64,000 nucleotides of DNA from an uncultured Acidobacteriota bacterium. GTDB taxonomy: Bacteria; Acidobacteriota; Thermoanaerobaculia; UBA5066; DATFVB01. Both the position numbers and the translations under genes were made by a program. Shown here piece after piece: positions 44,604-54,519 of the stretch (its first letter is position 1; the number at the start of each line of letters is the position of its first letter). The stretch is taken from positions 18,738 to 82,737 of the forward strand of contig CAWCDE010000006.1 of assembly GCA_963794295.1 (NCBI GenBank). Reading direction: 5' to 3'. The notes under the pieces are model-generated. The model searched no databases. It worked only from the letters and a program-made list of their open reading frames with translations, and was not told where the DNA came from.

Positions 44604-45699
44604 CCTCCGGCACCAGCACAGTCGCCTTTTCCCCCGTCAGCTCGTCGTATCGCGCCGCGATCGCTCGCGCGGCCCGCCCCGCCTCCCCCCGGCGGGCGAG
44701 CATCACGACCGCGCCGCCGAATCCTCCTCCCGTGATCCGCGCCCCGGCGATCCCGGGCTCGGCGCGCGCGAGGTCGATCATCGCGTCGATCTCGGGTGTG
44801 GAGACCTCGAAATCGTCGGCGAGCGATCGGTGCGACTCGAAGAAGACGCGCCCCGCGTCGTCGATCCGCTCGTCGCGAAAGGCGGCGACCGTTTCGATCA
44901 CCCGCTCGTTCTCGGTCAGCACGTGCCGCGCGCGCCGATTGAGCGGGGGCTCGAGCAGGTCGATCCTCGGGAGGTCGGCGGGAGCGAGCTCCCGCAGCGT
45001 CGCCACGCCGAGGCGGGAAGCGGCGAGCGCGCACTCCGCCTGCCGGGTCTTGTAGCCGCCGGTCTCGTTGCGGTGAGCGAGGCCGGAGTGGACGACCGCG
45101 AGCTCCGCCGCCCGCGGAAGGGGGACGAGCTCGAACTCGAGATCGCGGGTGTCGAGGAACATCGCGCGGTCCGGCGTCGCGAACGTGACGGCCATGGGGT
45201 CCATGATCCCGACGGGAACGCGAATGAACTCGTTCTCCGCGCGCCGCGCGAGGAGCGCGATCCCGCGGTCGTCGAGGGGAAGCGAAAACGCGTCGCGCAG
45301 GGCGCGGAGGAGCGAGACGGAGAGCGCTGCGCTCGAGGAGAGGCCGCTCCCCGGGGGGATCGAGGACGCGATGCGGAGATCGAACCCGCCGAGCTCCGCG
45401 CCGGCCTCCACGGCGACCGACGTCACCGCCTGGACGTAGTCGACCCATCCGCGGCCGCGCCGCTCTCTCCCGAGCTCGTACTCTTCGACGTCCTTCCCGA
45501 CGTCGCGGCTCCACGCGCGGACGCGTCCGCCCGCCCTCGGCGCGAGCTCGACGGCCGTCCGCCGGGGTATCGCCGCCGGGAACACGAAGCCCGAGTTGTA
45601 GTCGGTGTGGTCGCCCATGAGATTCACCCGCCCCGGCGCTTCCGCGCGGCAGGCGGGGGGGCGTCCGAAGAGCTCGAAGAAGGTGCGGTCAGCCGACAT
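44596..45699 (-). CDS. galK: galactokinase GalK
   Basis: 367 aa, uninterrupted. GHMP kinase motifs (PGRVNLMGDHTDYN; PPGSGLSSSAAL). Confidence 0.9.
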   Translation of the reverse strand: MSADRTFFELFGRPPACRAEAPGRVNLMGDHTDYNSGFVFPAAIPRRTAVELAPRAGGRVRAWSRDVGKDVEEYELGRERRGRGWVDYVQAVTSVAVEAGAELGGFDLRIASSIPPGSGLSSSAALSVSLLRALRDAFSLPLDDRGIALLARRAENEFIRVPVGIMDPMAVTFATPDRAMFLDTRDLEFELVPLPRAAELAVVHSGLAHRNETGGYKTRQAECALAASRLGVATLRELAPADLPRIDLLEPPLNRRARHVLTENERVIETVAAFRDERIDDAGRVFFESHRSLADDFEVSTPEIDAMIDLARAEPGIAGARITGGGFGGAVVMLARRGEAGRAARAIAARYDELTGEKATVLVPEGK

Positions 45700-46804
45700 C
45701 CACCGGGACGCGCCGCAATTCCTCCGCCTTCTCCTCGGGGAGCGTGTCCGCCGTGAAGACGCCGGCGCCCATTTCGCTTCCCGCGAGGTACTTCAGCCGG
45801 TCGCTCCGCCGGTAGGCGGGGTAGAACTCGAGATGCGCGTGGGCCTCGGGATGCGCCCGTCCGTCGGTCGGCGCCTGGTGGAACGAGGCGATGTAGGGAA
45901 ACGGCCGGTTCCAGAGGCCGTCATACTTCAGAACGATCGTCTTGAGCGCGCGGGCGAAATCGGCGCGCTCGGCGGCGTCGAAATCGGCGAGCGACGGCGC
46001 GGGGCGCCGCGGCACGATCCAGACCTCGTACGAATAGCGCGCGAAGACCGGCACGAACGCGACCGCGTGCGGGCCCTCGTAGACGACGTGCCGTCCGCCG
46101 CGCCCGAGCTCCTCCTCGACGATCGTCTCGAGCAGCCCTCGTCCGTTCTCGGCGAGGAACGCCTGCTGGATTTCGAGCTCGCGGGCCGGAATCGGCGGGA
46201 CGAACGGGTACGCGTAGATCTGTCCGTGGGGATGGGGCAGCGTGACGCCGACTTCGGCCCCGCGGTTCTCGAACGGGAAGACGTACCGGACGTCGTCGAG
46301 CGCGCCGAGCTCGCGCCAACGGTCGGCCCAGACCTCGATCAGGAGCTCGATCTGGTCGAGCGGGAGGGTCCCGAGCGTCCGCCCTGGGTCGCGCGTGAAG
46401 ACGACGACCTCGCAGACGCCGCGGGCGGGCCGCGTCGGAATCGGGAGGAGCGGCGGGTCGTGCGCGGTCTCGGCGAACGTCGGAAAGAGGTTCCGGAATA
46501 CCGCGATGTCGTAGTCGCCGGCGGGAAGCTCGGTCGGATGGGCGGGATCGGTCGTCGGCTCGAGCGGGTTTCCCTCCTTCGGCATGAAAGTCCGGTCCTG
46601 CCGGTATTGCGCATACGCGACCCACTCGCCGCGGAGCGGGTGCCAGCGCAGGTGCGGGTTCGGGCGGGACGGCGACGGTTCCAGACTCGTCGCGGCGATC
46701 TCCGCGGAGATCGGGCGCCGCGAGTAGAGGATCAGCTCGCGGCCGTCCGGCTTCCGCAGGACGTGCTTGTGCGCGCGCGCGTCGGCGCCTCCGTCGATCG
46801 CCAC
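45689..46804 (-). CDS. galT: galactose-1-phosphate uridylyltransferase GalT
   Basis: 371 aa. HIT-like HPHGQ active-site motif ([13 protein letters not shown]). Its stop overlaps the galK start. Confidence 0.88.
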   Translation of the reverse strand: MAIDGGADARAHKHVLRKPDGRELILYSRRPISAEIAATSLEPSPSRPNPHLRWHPLRGEWVAYAQYRQDRTFMPKEGNPLEPTTDPAHPTELPAGDYDIAVFRNLFPTFAETAHDPPLLPIPTRPARGVCEVVVFTRDPGRTLGTLPLDQIELLIEVWADRWRELGALDDVRYVFPFENRGAEVGVTLPHPHGQIYAYPFVPPIPARELEIQQAFLAENGRGLLETIVEEELGRGGRHVVYEGPHAVAFVPVFARYSYEVWIVPRRPAPSLADFDAAERADFARALKTIVLKYDGLWNRPFPYIASFHQAPTDGRAHPEAHAHLEFYPAYRRSDRLKYLAGSEMGAGVFTADTLPEEKAEELRRVPVDVG

Positions 46805-47440
46805 GGTCCGACGCTACACCGACGAGTGCGCCGGGGAAAGCGACAGCGAGGGGACGTCCTCGGTCTGCGCGGGTCCCTCCGGCGCGACGTTGGGAAGAGC
46901 CATTCGCGCCTTGAGGCGCCTGGGGGCGGGTGTCGAGGCGCCGGTGTCCTGGACCTCCGGAACGATCACGGTCGCCTCGGCGATCGCCTCGAAAGGGATC
47001 TTCGGCGTGCGGTCCGAATACAGGAGCCCGTTCGCCTGGGACTCGGGCATGCGGCGCTCATCGCGCCGAAAACCTGCAAGACTTCAGCCAGACACGTCGG
47101 TTTCGCGACGCTCGGGGAGGTCGGATCGCGAAGTTCCAAACCATGGGTCCCGAAGCCATGTCACTCTGAGGAGCGCGGCGAAGAAGGGTCTGCCCCTCCA
47201 ATCTCCGAACGCTCCGCTCGCGATCCGAGCTCCGCGAGGTCGCGAAGGTTACCCCGCGGGCTCGGGGCGCCGAAGCCGTCGAGCCCTCCAGGGCGAGCGG
47301 CGCAGGTCGGATCGCGGAAAGTCTCCGCGCCGGGACGAGAGCGAAGCGCGCTTGCGCGCGAGCCCCGGCGCGGAGGAGGTCCGCGATCCGGGAGGGCGCA
47401 ACCGGTCGAGCGCCTCAGGCGCGAGCCGGGAGCCCGACGA

Positions 47441-48120
47441 CTACGGCGCCGGGGCCGGGACGACGATTCCCTCGTAGCCCTCGCCCTCGAGGCGCGCGAG
47501 CTCGGCGCGGGCATCCGCCTTCGAGGCGAGAGGACCGACCTTGACGCGCGTCAGGCCGTCGAACGGCTCGGTGAAGACGCGATGGCCGCCGTCGCGCACC
47601 TTTTCGGCCAGGGTCTCCGCGCGCCAGGCGGACGCGAACGATCCGATCTGCACGTTCCACCAGCCGCTCGGCGACACTTCGGGAACCGCCGGCCCGGCCG
47701 AGACGACGGTCAGGCGGACGCGCGCGGTGCCCGGCCCGACGACGCCGAGCTTCTCGGCGGCGACCCTCGAGAGATCGATGATCCGTCCCTTGACGAAGGG
47801 GCCCCGGTCGTTGATGCGGACGCGCGCGATCTGGCCCGTGCGGACATTCTCGACGTCCACCCGCGTGCCGAGCGGCAGCGTGCGGTGGGCCGCCGTCATC
47901 TTCCGGCCGTCGAAGATCTCGCCGGAGGCGGTCGGCTTCCCTTCGAAGCCGTCGTTGCCGCCGTACCACGACGCGACTCCCTCTTCGGTCGTGCCCGCGA
48001 CCGCGGGGGGCGGAGGCGCGGGGCGCGCTCGCGGCGCGGTCGCGGGCTTCTTCCGCGCGCAGCCGCCGGCGAAGACCGCAAGAAGAGAGAGAACGAGGAG
48101 GAGCCGCCGGGCCGGCGAGC
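47441..48120 (-). CDS. rlpA: septal-ring lytic transglycosylase RlpA-family lipoprotein (DPBB domain plus C-terminal SPOR domain); start codon uncertain
   Basis: Reverse-strand translation gives a lipobox (LLAVFAGGCARKK), the DPBB core (ASWYGGNDGFEGKPTASGEIFDGRKMTAAHRTLPLGTRVDVENVRTGQIARVRINDRGPFVKGRIIDLS) and a SPOR-like C-terminus (WNVQIGSFASAWRAETLAEKVRDGGH...). ORF track 47441..47899 and 47415..47969. Confidence 0.75.
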
Positions 48121-48132
48121 CGGCGCTCCGGT

Positions 48133-49559
48133 TCAGACCAGCAGCCCTTCGGCCGGGGCGTCTTCGATGCCGGCGAGCGCCGGTTCGAGCTCCTCTTTCA
48201 GGAACGCCTCGACCTGCTCGGCGGCCCGGCCAGTGAGGTCTTTCGCTGCGGCGGCATGGACCTGCTGGATCGTCAGCCCGGTATGGTCAGCGGTGCTCTT
48301 GAACCATCCGCTCCTATCCGCGGTACCCGTGCGTTCTCGCTCTTCCAGAGCGGTTACGGCGAGAAGCTTCAGCGTCTCGTGCACGGCCTGCCGATCGCGT
48401 CCCTGCTTGACGGCTTCCATCAGAACGTTTTCCATCGCGAGAAACGGCAACTCACGTTCCAGGTGCTGCTGGATCACATAGGGGCGCACTTCGATTTTCG
48501 CGAAGATCTCGTCGAGGATCAGGGCGATCGCGTCGGCACAGAGGAAAGCCGGGGGGGTCGAGAGCCGCTTGTTCGCCGAATCGTCGAGCGTGCGCTCCAG
48601 CCACTGCGTCGCGGCGGTGAACGCGGGGTCGAGCGACAGCGCGATGAGATGCCGGGCGATCGCGCAGACCCGCTCGGCGCGCATCGGGTTCCTCTTGTAC
48701 GGCATCGCCGAGGAGCCGATCTGCCCCTTCCCGAACGGCTCGGCGACCTCCCCCTCGTGCTGGAGGAGGCGCAGGTCGGTCGCGCACTTGTGCGCCGACT
48801 GCGCGAACCCCGAGAGCGCCGCGAGGACGAAGGCGTCCTGCTTGCGCGAGTAGGTCTGGCCGGAAACCGTCTGGCGTCTCGTGAATCCGGCGCGCTCCGT
48901 GACGGCCTGGTCGAGCTTCTCGACTTTCGCCCCGTCGCCGTCGAAAAGCGCGAGGAACGAGGCCTGGGTCCCCGTCGCTCCCTTCGCGCCGAGGAACCGC
49001 AGGTTCTCGCGGACGCGGCGCACCTCCTGGAGGTCCCAGAGGAAGTCCTGCGCCCAGAGGCAGGCGCGCTTGCCGACGGTCGTTGGCTGCGCGGTCTGGA
49101 AGTGCGTGTAGGCGAGGCAGGCGAGGCTGCGGTTATCTCGGGCGAACTTCGCGAGGTGCCGCAGGAACGACGCAATGCGCCGCTCGAGGAGCGCGAGCGC
49201 GTCGCGCATCTGGATCAGGTCGCCGTTGTCGGAGACGTAGGCGGACGTCGCGCCCCAGTGGATGATGCCCGCTGCGGCCGGGGCCGCGAGCCCGTACGTC
49301 TTCACGTGCGCCATCACGTCGTGGCGCGTCTCCCGCTCGATCCGCGCGGCCGCCTCGAAGTCGATCGAGTCGGCGTGCCGCCGCATCTCCGCGATCGCCT
49401 CGTCGGTAATCGCGAGACCGAGCCTCTTCTCCTCCTCCGCGAGCCAGATCCAGAGCCGCCGCCACGCGCCGAACTTGAAGGCCGGGGAGAAGATGCGGGA
49501 CATCTCCGCCGAGGCGTAGCGCTCGGTCAGGGGGTCGGCGTACGCGTTCGGGTCGCTCA
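48133..49559 (-). CDS. purB: adenylosuccinate lyase PurB
   Basis: 3' in-frame part of ORF 48133..50046. TERYASAEMSRIF... N-terminus, fumarate lyase signature GSSAMPYKRNP. Putative TTG start at 49559 overlaps the stop of the upstream small ORF. Confidence 0.88.
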
Positions 49560-49745
49560 ATCTTCCTCGATCTCGCCGATCGCGAAGCGCAGCGGGTCTT
49601 CGTTTCCGCAGACGGGGCACTGCGCCTCGAGAACGCGGGAGCCCTCCGTCTCGAAGACGTAGCACGGCGTCTGGCACTCCTTGCACACGAGGTAGTCGAT
49701 CTCCTTGTCCGACGATTCGGGGCTCATCGCGGTGTCCTCGGGCAT
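49557..49745 (-). CDS. small zinc-ribbon protein (62 aa, CxxC...CxxC), translationally coupled to purB
   Basis: MPEDTAMSPESSDKEIDYLVCKECQTPCYVFETEGSRVLEAQCPVCGNEDPLRF. Its stop TGA overlaps the purB TTG start (GATTGAGC). Confidence 0.5.
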   Translation of the reverse strand: MPEDTAMSPESSDKEIDYLVCKECQTPCYVFETEGSRVLEAQCPVCGNEDPLRFAIGEIEED

Positions 49746-49792
49746 TTTCGGAGCACGCGCTATGATTTTGGCAGAATCGGGGAGGCGGCGCC

Positions 49793-50071
49793 ATGATGTT
49801 CTCGCTCACGGGGTTCCTCGTTCTCCTGCTCGTCGCCGCGATCTGCGGCGCGATCGGGCGCGCCATCGCCGGCGGAACGCGGGGCGGATGCCTCGTTTCC
49901 GTCGCGGTCGGGTTCATCGGCGCGCTGCTCGGAACGTGGATCGCGCGGGAGATCCGCCTGCCGGAGATCCTGGCGATCTCGATCGACGGCCATCCGTTCC
50001 CGATCGTGTGGTCGATCATCGGGGCCGCGCTCTTCGTGGCGTTCATCCATCTGCTCTCGGGGAGACGGTAG
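49793..50071 (+). CDS. GlsB/YeaQ/YmgE-family small membrane protein
   Basis: 92 aa, three predicted TM helices, conserved GxxG-rich pattern (AAICGAIGRAIAGG...GFIGALLGTWI). Confidence 0.75.
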   Translation: MMFSLTGFLVLLLVAAICGAIGRAIAGGTRGGCLVSVAVGFIGALLGTWIAREIRLPEILAISIDGHPFPIVWSIIGAALFVAFIHLLSGRR

Positions 50072-50075
50072 CCCG

Positions 50076-51209
50076 GTGCCCTCGACCGCCGCCCTCGGGC
50101 TGCTCATCGCTCTGGTCGCGATCGCGGCTCTCGCGCTGTACGTCTCCGGGCGCCGCTCCGCGCGCGAGCAGCAGGACGCGATCGAGCAGCGCCGGATGCT
50201 GACGGCGTTGACGGCGGAGACGGCGGCGTCGAAGGCGCTCGCCGCGGAGTCGGGAAAGACCGTCCACGCGCTCTCCGAGGCGCTCGAGAAGCGCCTCGTC
50301 TCCTTCGAGCGGACGATCGACGAGCGGATCGCGGCGAGCCAGGCCGCGCTCGGCCAGAACATCGGGACGATGCAGCAGCAGAGCGCGGAGTCGGCGCTGC
50401 TCCTGAAGTCGGTCGGCGAGAACCTCGGCAAGGTTTACGAGGCATCCAGGAAGATCGAGAAGCTCGCCGGGGACGTGACGCGGCTCGAGGACCTGTTGAA
50501 GCCCCCGAAGATCCGCGGCCTGCTCGGCGAGTCGTTCCTCGAGGAGGCGCTCCGCCAGGTGCTCCCGCCCGGGAGCTGGGAGATGCAGAAGCGGTTCGCC
50601 GATGGCGAGGTCGTCGACGCCGCGGTCCGCGTGGGAGAGCGCTTCGTCCCGATCGACAGCAAGTTCCCCTACGAGAGCTACCGGCGGGCCGTCGACTGCG
50701 GAGACGACGCCGAACGCAAGCGCCTGATCCGGCAGCTCCGCGCGGCGACGAAGAAGCAGGCGGACGACATCGCCCGGAAGTACATCCGCGCGGGCGAGGG
50801 GACGCTCGAGTTCGCGCTCATGTACCTGCCCGCCGAGGCGCTCTACACGGAGATCGTGGCCGACGGCGAGGACGGCAACGTCGCGGAGTACGCGATCGAG
50901 CGGCACGTCATCCCCGTCTCGCCCACGCTGCTTTACGCCTATCTCTTCACCGTCGCCCAGGGGCTGCGCGGCCTCGAGATCCAGAAGCGGGCCCACGCGG
51001 TCGTCGAGGAGCTCGCGGTCCTGAAGCGGAGCGTCGACCGGATCGAGGAGCCCTTCGCGAAGGTCGGCAGCCATCTCTCGAACGCCCAGAAGCAGTACGA
51101 GGAGACGGCGAAGCAGCTCTCCCGGTTCGCGGAGCGTCTCCGCGAGATCGCCGAGTCCGAGGAGACGCCCGCGCAGGCCCCGCTGCCCCTCCTTCCCCCC
51201 CGCGCCTGA
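50076..51209 (+). CDS. rmuC: DNA recombination protein RmuC
   Basis: 377 aa. N-terminal TM helix, long coiled-coil, then the RmuC nuclease-like C-terminal domain (FVPIDSKFPYESY...EFALMYLPAEALY...). Confidence 0.82.
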   Translation: MPSTAALGLLIALVAIAALALYVSGRRSAREQQDAIEQRRMLTALTAETAASKALAAESGKTVHALSEALEKRLVSFERTIDERIAASQAALGQNIGTMQQQSAESALLLKSVGENLGKVYEASRKIEKLAGDVTRLEDLLKPPKIRGLLGESFLEEALRQVLPPGSWEMQKRFADGEVVDAAVRVGERFVPIDSKFPYESYRRAVDCGDDAERKRLIRQLRAATKKQADDIARKYIRAGEGTLEFALMYLPAEALYTEIVADGEDGNVAEYAIERHVIPVSPTLLYAYLFTVAQGLRGLEIQKRAHAVVEELAVLKRSVDRIEEPFAKVGSHLSNAQKQYEETAKQLSRFAERLREIAESEETPAQAPLPLLPPRA

Positions 51210-51329
51210 CCGCGGCGCGAAACCGCGTTTCGATCGCAAGTCGCTGACAGGCAAGGGGAACTTGCTCCGGCGTCGCGTCGTCCGATATAGTCCGCCCTTC
51301 GCGCCCGCGGATGACGGCGCGCCACCATC

Positions 51330-52640
51330 ATGAAGCTGCACGTGACGTCGGAGATCGGCAAGCTGGATGCCGTGCTCGTCCACCTTCCCGGCAAGGAGAT
51401 CGACCGCATGGTCCCGTCCATGATGGACGAGCTCCTCTTCGACGACATCCTCTACGGCGACGGCGCCCGGGAGGAGCATCGCCGCTTCCAGCAGATCCTC
51501 CGCACGGCCTGGAAAGAGGACGCGGACACGGTCGAGGTCCTCGACATCCAGGACCTCCTCGAAGAGATCCTGACCGACCCGCAGACGAAGGAAGAGGTGC
51601 TCGCCGACCTCGCCCTGAAGCTCCAGATCCCGGAGCCCGCGATGAAGAAGATCTGGGAGGCGAGCGCGGAGGACGCCGCGGCGATGCTGATCGAGGGCAT
51701 CGTCCGGGAGGACGGACAGATCTCCGACCGGCTCGAGACGCTCTACGTGCTCCCGCCGCTCCCGAACTGCTTCTTCGTTCGCGACCCGCAGACGGTGCTC
51801 GGCGACCGCGTCATCCTCGGGTCGATGGCGACGGCCGCGCGGCTCCGCGAGCCGCTGCTCGCCGGATACGTCTTCCAGTACTCGAAGCGCTTCGAGCGGC
51901 CGGCGGAGAGGGCGAAGGACTTCTTCGTCTTCCGCGAGTTCTCGAGCGACTTCACGCGGCTCTCGACGGCCGCCTCGCGTCCGTCCCTCGAAGGGGGCGA
52001 CATCCTGATTCCCCGCGAGGACATCCTCCTCGTCGGGATCTCGGAGCGCACCTCGAAATCGACGGTCGAGCATCTCGCCGCCGCGCTCAAGGAGGGCCGG
52101 ACCGGGATCAAGAAGATCTTCACCGTCGAGATCCCGGCGCGGCGCTCCTACATGCACCTCGACACCGTCTTCACGATGATCGACCGCGGCGAATGCCTCT
52201 GCTACGCGCCGATGATCGTCCAGGGCGGCCCCGAGGAGGCGGACGTCTACCAGGTCTCGCTCACGGGGCGCGAGATCACCTACACGTCGAAAGGTCCGCT
52301 CCTCCAGGTCCTGAAGGAGAACGGGATCGACCTCGAGCCGGTCGCCTGCGGCGGGAGCGATCCGATCCACCAGCAGCGCGAGCAGTGGACCGACGGGGCG
52401 AACGCGTTCGCCCTCGCGCCGGGGGTGATCGTCTGCTACGAGCGCAACGTCCGCACCGCCGAGGAGCTCTCCCGGCACGGGTACAAGATCCTCTACGAGG
52501 ATGACATCCTGATGGGGCGCGAGGAGCTCGAGCTCTGGACGGACAAGAAATACGCGATCCAGATCGCGGGTCCGGAGCTCTCCCGCGCGCGCGGCGGCCC
52601 GCGGTGCATGACGATGCCGCTCGCGCGAAAGGATCCGTGA
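51330..52640 (+). CDS. arcA: arginine deiminase ArcA
   Basis: 436 aa, uninterrupted. Aligns with Mycoplasma/Pseudomonas ADI, including LNCFFVRDP, YMHLDTVFTMID and the catalytic Cys tail GGPRCMTMPLARKD. Confidence 0.9.
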   Translation: MKLHVTSEIGKLDAVLVHLPGKEIDRMVPSMMDELLFDDILYGDGAREEHRRFQQILRTAWKEDADTVEVLDIQDLLEEILTDPQTKEEVLADLALKLQIPEPAMKKIWEASAEDAAAMLIEGIVREDGQISDRLETLYVLPPLPNCFFVRDPQTVLGDRVILGSMATAARLREPLLAGYVFQYSKRFERPAERAKDFFVFREFSSDFTRLSTAASRPSLEGGDILIPREDILLVGISERTSKSTVEHLAAALKEGRTGIKKIFTVEIPARRSYMHLDTVFTMIDRGECLCYAPMIVQGGPEEADVYQVSLTGREITYTSKGPLLQVLKENGIDLEPVACGGSDPIHQQREQWTDGANAFALAPGVIVCYERNVRTAEELSRHGYKILYEDDILMGREELELWTDKKYAIQIAGPELSRARGGPRCMTMPLARKDP

Positions 52641-53608
52641 GCCCCCAGCCGTTCTTCTCCTTCGTCCGGCCGCTCGCGGTCGTGGCTTTCGGCGGCAACG
52701 CGCTCCTCCCCCCCGGCGGGGACGGCAGCCAGGAGGAGCAGCAGCGCCTCGCCGAGGAGGCGGCGCGCCGGCTGCTGCCGGTCCTCAACCGCGGCTACGA
52801 GCTGATCATCGTCCACGGCAACGGGCCGCAGGTCGGCAACATCCTGATCCAGGTCGAGGAGGCCGCCGCGAAGATCCCGCCGCAGACGCTCGACGTCTGT
52901 GTCGCGCAGACGCAGGGATCGATGGGGTTCCTGCTCGAGACGGCGTTGACGAACGTCCTTCGGCCGGCCGGCTTCGAGAAGGAGATCGTCACGATCGTGA
53001 CGACGGTCGTGGTCGACGCCGCGGATCCCGCCTTCGGCAAGCCGACGAAGCCGATCGGGCCGTTCTTCGAAAAGGAACGGGCGGAGGCGCTCGCCAAAGA
53101 GCGCGGCTGGGCGATCGTCGAGGACGCCGGCCGCGGCTGGCGGAAGGTCGTCGCCTCCCCGCGCCCGAAGACGATCCGGGACACCGAGATCGTCGCGTGG
53201 CTCGTCAACCGGGGAAAGATCGTCATCGCCGGAGGCGGCGGGGGAATTCCCGTCGTCATCGACGACGCCGGCGTGATGCGCGGCGTCGAGGCCGTGATCG
53301 ACAAGGACTACGTTGCCTCGCTGCTCGCGGCGAACCTCGCGGCCGACCTCTTCGTCATCCTGACGGGAGTTCCGCAGGTGTACAAGGACTGGGGGAAGCC
53401 CGGCCAGCAGCCGCTCGCTTCGCTCACGGCGGCGGAGGCGCGCGCGCTCTACGACGCCGGGCAGTTCCCGAAAGGGAGCATGGGACCGAAGATCGACGCG
53501 GCGCTGAAGTTCGTCGAGGCCGGAGGACGGGAGGTCCTGATCACGGACGCGCCGTCGCTCTCGGCGGCGCTCGACGGGCACACCGGCACGCACGTGAGGA
53601 ACGCATGA
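52637..53608 (+). CDS. arcC: carbamate kinase ArcC
   Basis: GTG overlaps the arcA stop. AVVAFGGNALL amino-acid kinase N-terminus; ...IIVHGNGPQVG...; C-terminal ...GSMGPKIDAALKFVEAGG. Confidence 0.88.
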   Translation: MSPQPFFSFVRPLAVVAFGGNALLPPGGDGSQEEQQRLAEEAARRLLPVLNRGYELIIVHGNGPQVGNILIQVEEAAAKIPPQTLDVCVAQTQGSMGFLLETALTNVLRPAGFEKEIVTIVTTVVVDAADPAFGKPTKPIGPFFEKERAEALAKERGWAIVEDAGRGWRKVVASPRPKTIRDTEIVAWLVNRGKIVIAGGGGGIPVVIDDAGVMRGVEAVIDKDYVASLLAANLAADLFVILTGVPQVYKDWGKPGQQPLASLTAAEARALYDAGQFPKGSMGPKIDAALKFVEAGGREVLITDAPSLSAALDGHTGTHVRNA

Positions 53609-54519
53609 AGAAGGATTTCATCTCGATCCACGACCGGACCCCGGCGGAGATCGCCGGACTCCTCGATCTCGCCGACGCGGTCAAGAAAGACCGCGGCCGC
53701 TACCGCTCGGCGCTCGCCGGAAAGACGCTCGCGATGATCTTCGAGAAATCCTCGACCCGCACCCGCGTGTCGTTCGAGGCGGGGATGTACCAGCTCGGCG
53801 GCCTGGGAATGTTCCTCTCCTCGCGCGACCTCCAGATCGGGCGGGGAGAGCCGATCGCCGACACGGCGCGCGTTCTCTCGCGCTACGTCGACGGAATCAT
53901 GGCGCGGACGTTCGCGCACGAGACCGTCACGGAGCTCGCGCGCCACGCGTCGGTTCCGGTCGTCAACGGGCTCACCGATCTCCTCCATCCCTGCCAGGTG
54001 ATGGCGGACCTCCAGACGATCCGCGAGGAGTTCGGGAAGCTCGCGGGCCTGAAGCTCGCCTACGTCGGCGACGGGAACAACATGGCGCACTCGCTGATGT
54101 TCGGCGGCGCGAAGACCGGGATGACCGTCGCGGTCGCGAGTCCGCACGGATACGAGCCGAAGCCGGAGATCGTCGCCTCCGCGCGCCGCGACGCGGAAGA
54201 GACCGGCGGGTCGATCGCGACCACGCACGATCCGGCCGAGGCCGTGGCGGGCGCGCACGTCGTCTACACCGACGTGTGGGCGTCGATGGGACAGGAAGAC
54301 GAGGCCCGCCTGCGCCGAGAGAAGTTCGCGGGATTCACCGTGACCGAGGCGCTCATGGCCAGGGGCGCGGCCGGCGCGATCTTCCTCCACTGCCTTCCGG
54401 CGCATCGCGGCGAGGAGGTGGAGGCGGCGGTCGCCGACGGGCCGCGCTCGCGGATCTTCGACGAGGCCGAGAACCGGCTCCACGCGCAGAAGGCGATCCT
54501 CGTCTCGCTGATGGCGTGA
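53605..54519 (+). CDS. arcB: ornithine carbamoyltransferase (catabolic ArcB/ArgF)
   Basis: STRTR carbamoyl-phosphate-binding motif (FEKSSTRTRVSFE), HPCQ, and HCLP ornithine-binding motif (FLHCLPAHRGEE). Confidence 0.9.
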   Translation: MKKDFISIHDRTPAEIAGLLDLADAVKKDRGRYRSALAGKTLAMIFEKSSTRTRVSFEAGMYQLGGLGMFLSSRDLQIGRGEPIADTARVLSRYVDGIMARTFAHETVTELARHASVPVVNGLTDLLHPCQVMADLQTIREEFGKLAGLKLAYVGDGNNMAHSLMFGGAKTGMTVAVASPHGYEPKPEIVASARRDAEETGGSIATTHDPAEAVAGAHVVYTDVWASMGQEDEARLRREKFAGFTVTEALMARGAAGAIFLHCLPAHRGEEVEAAVADGPRSRIFDEAENRLHAQKAILVSLMA

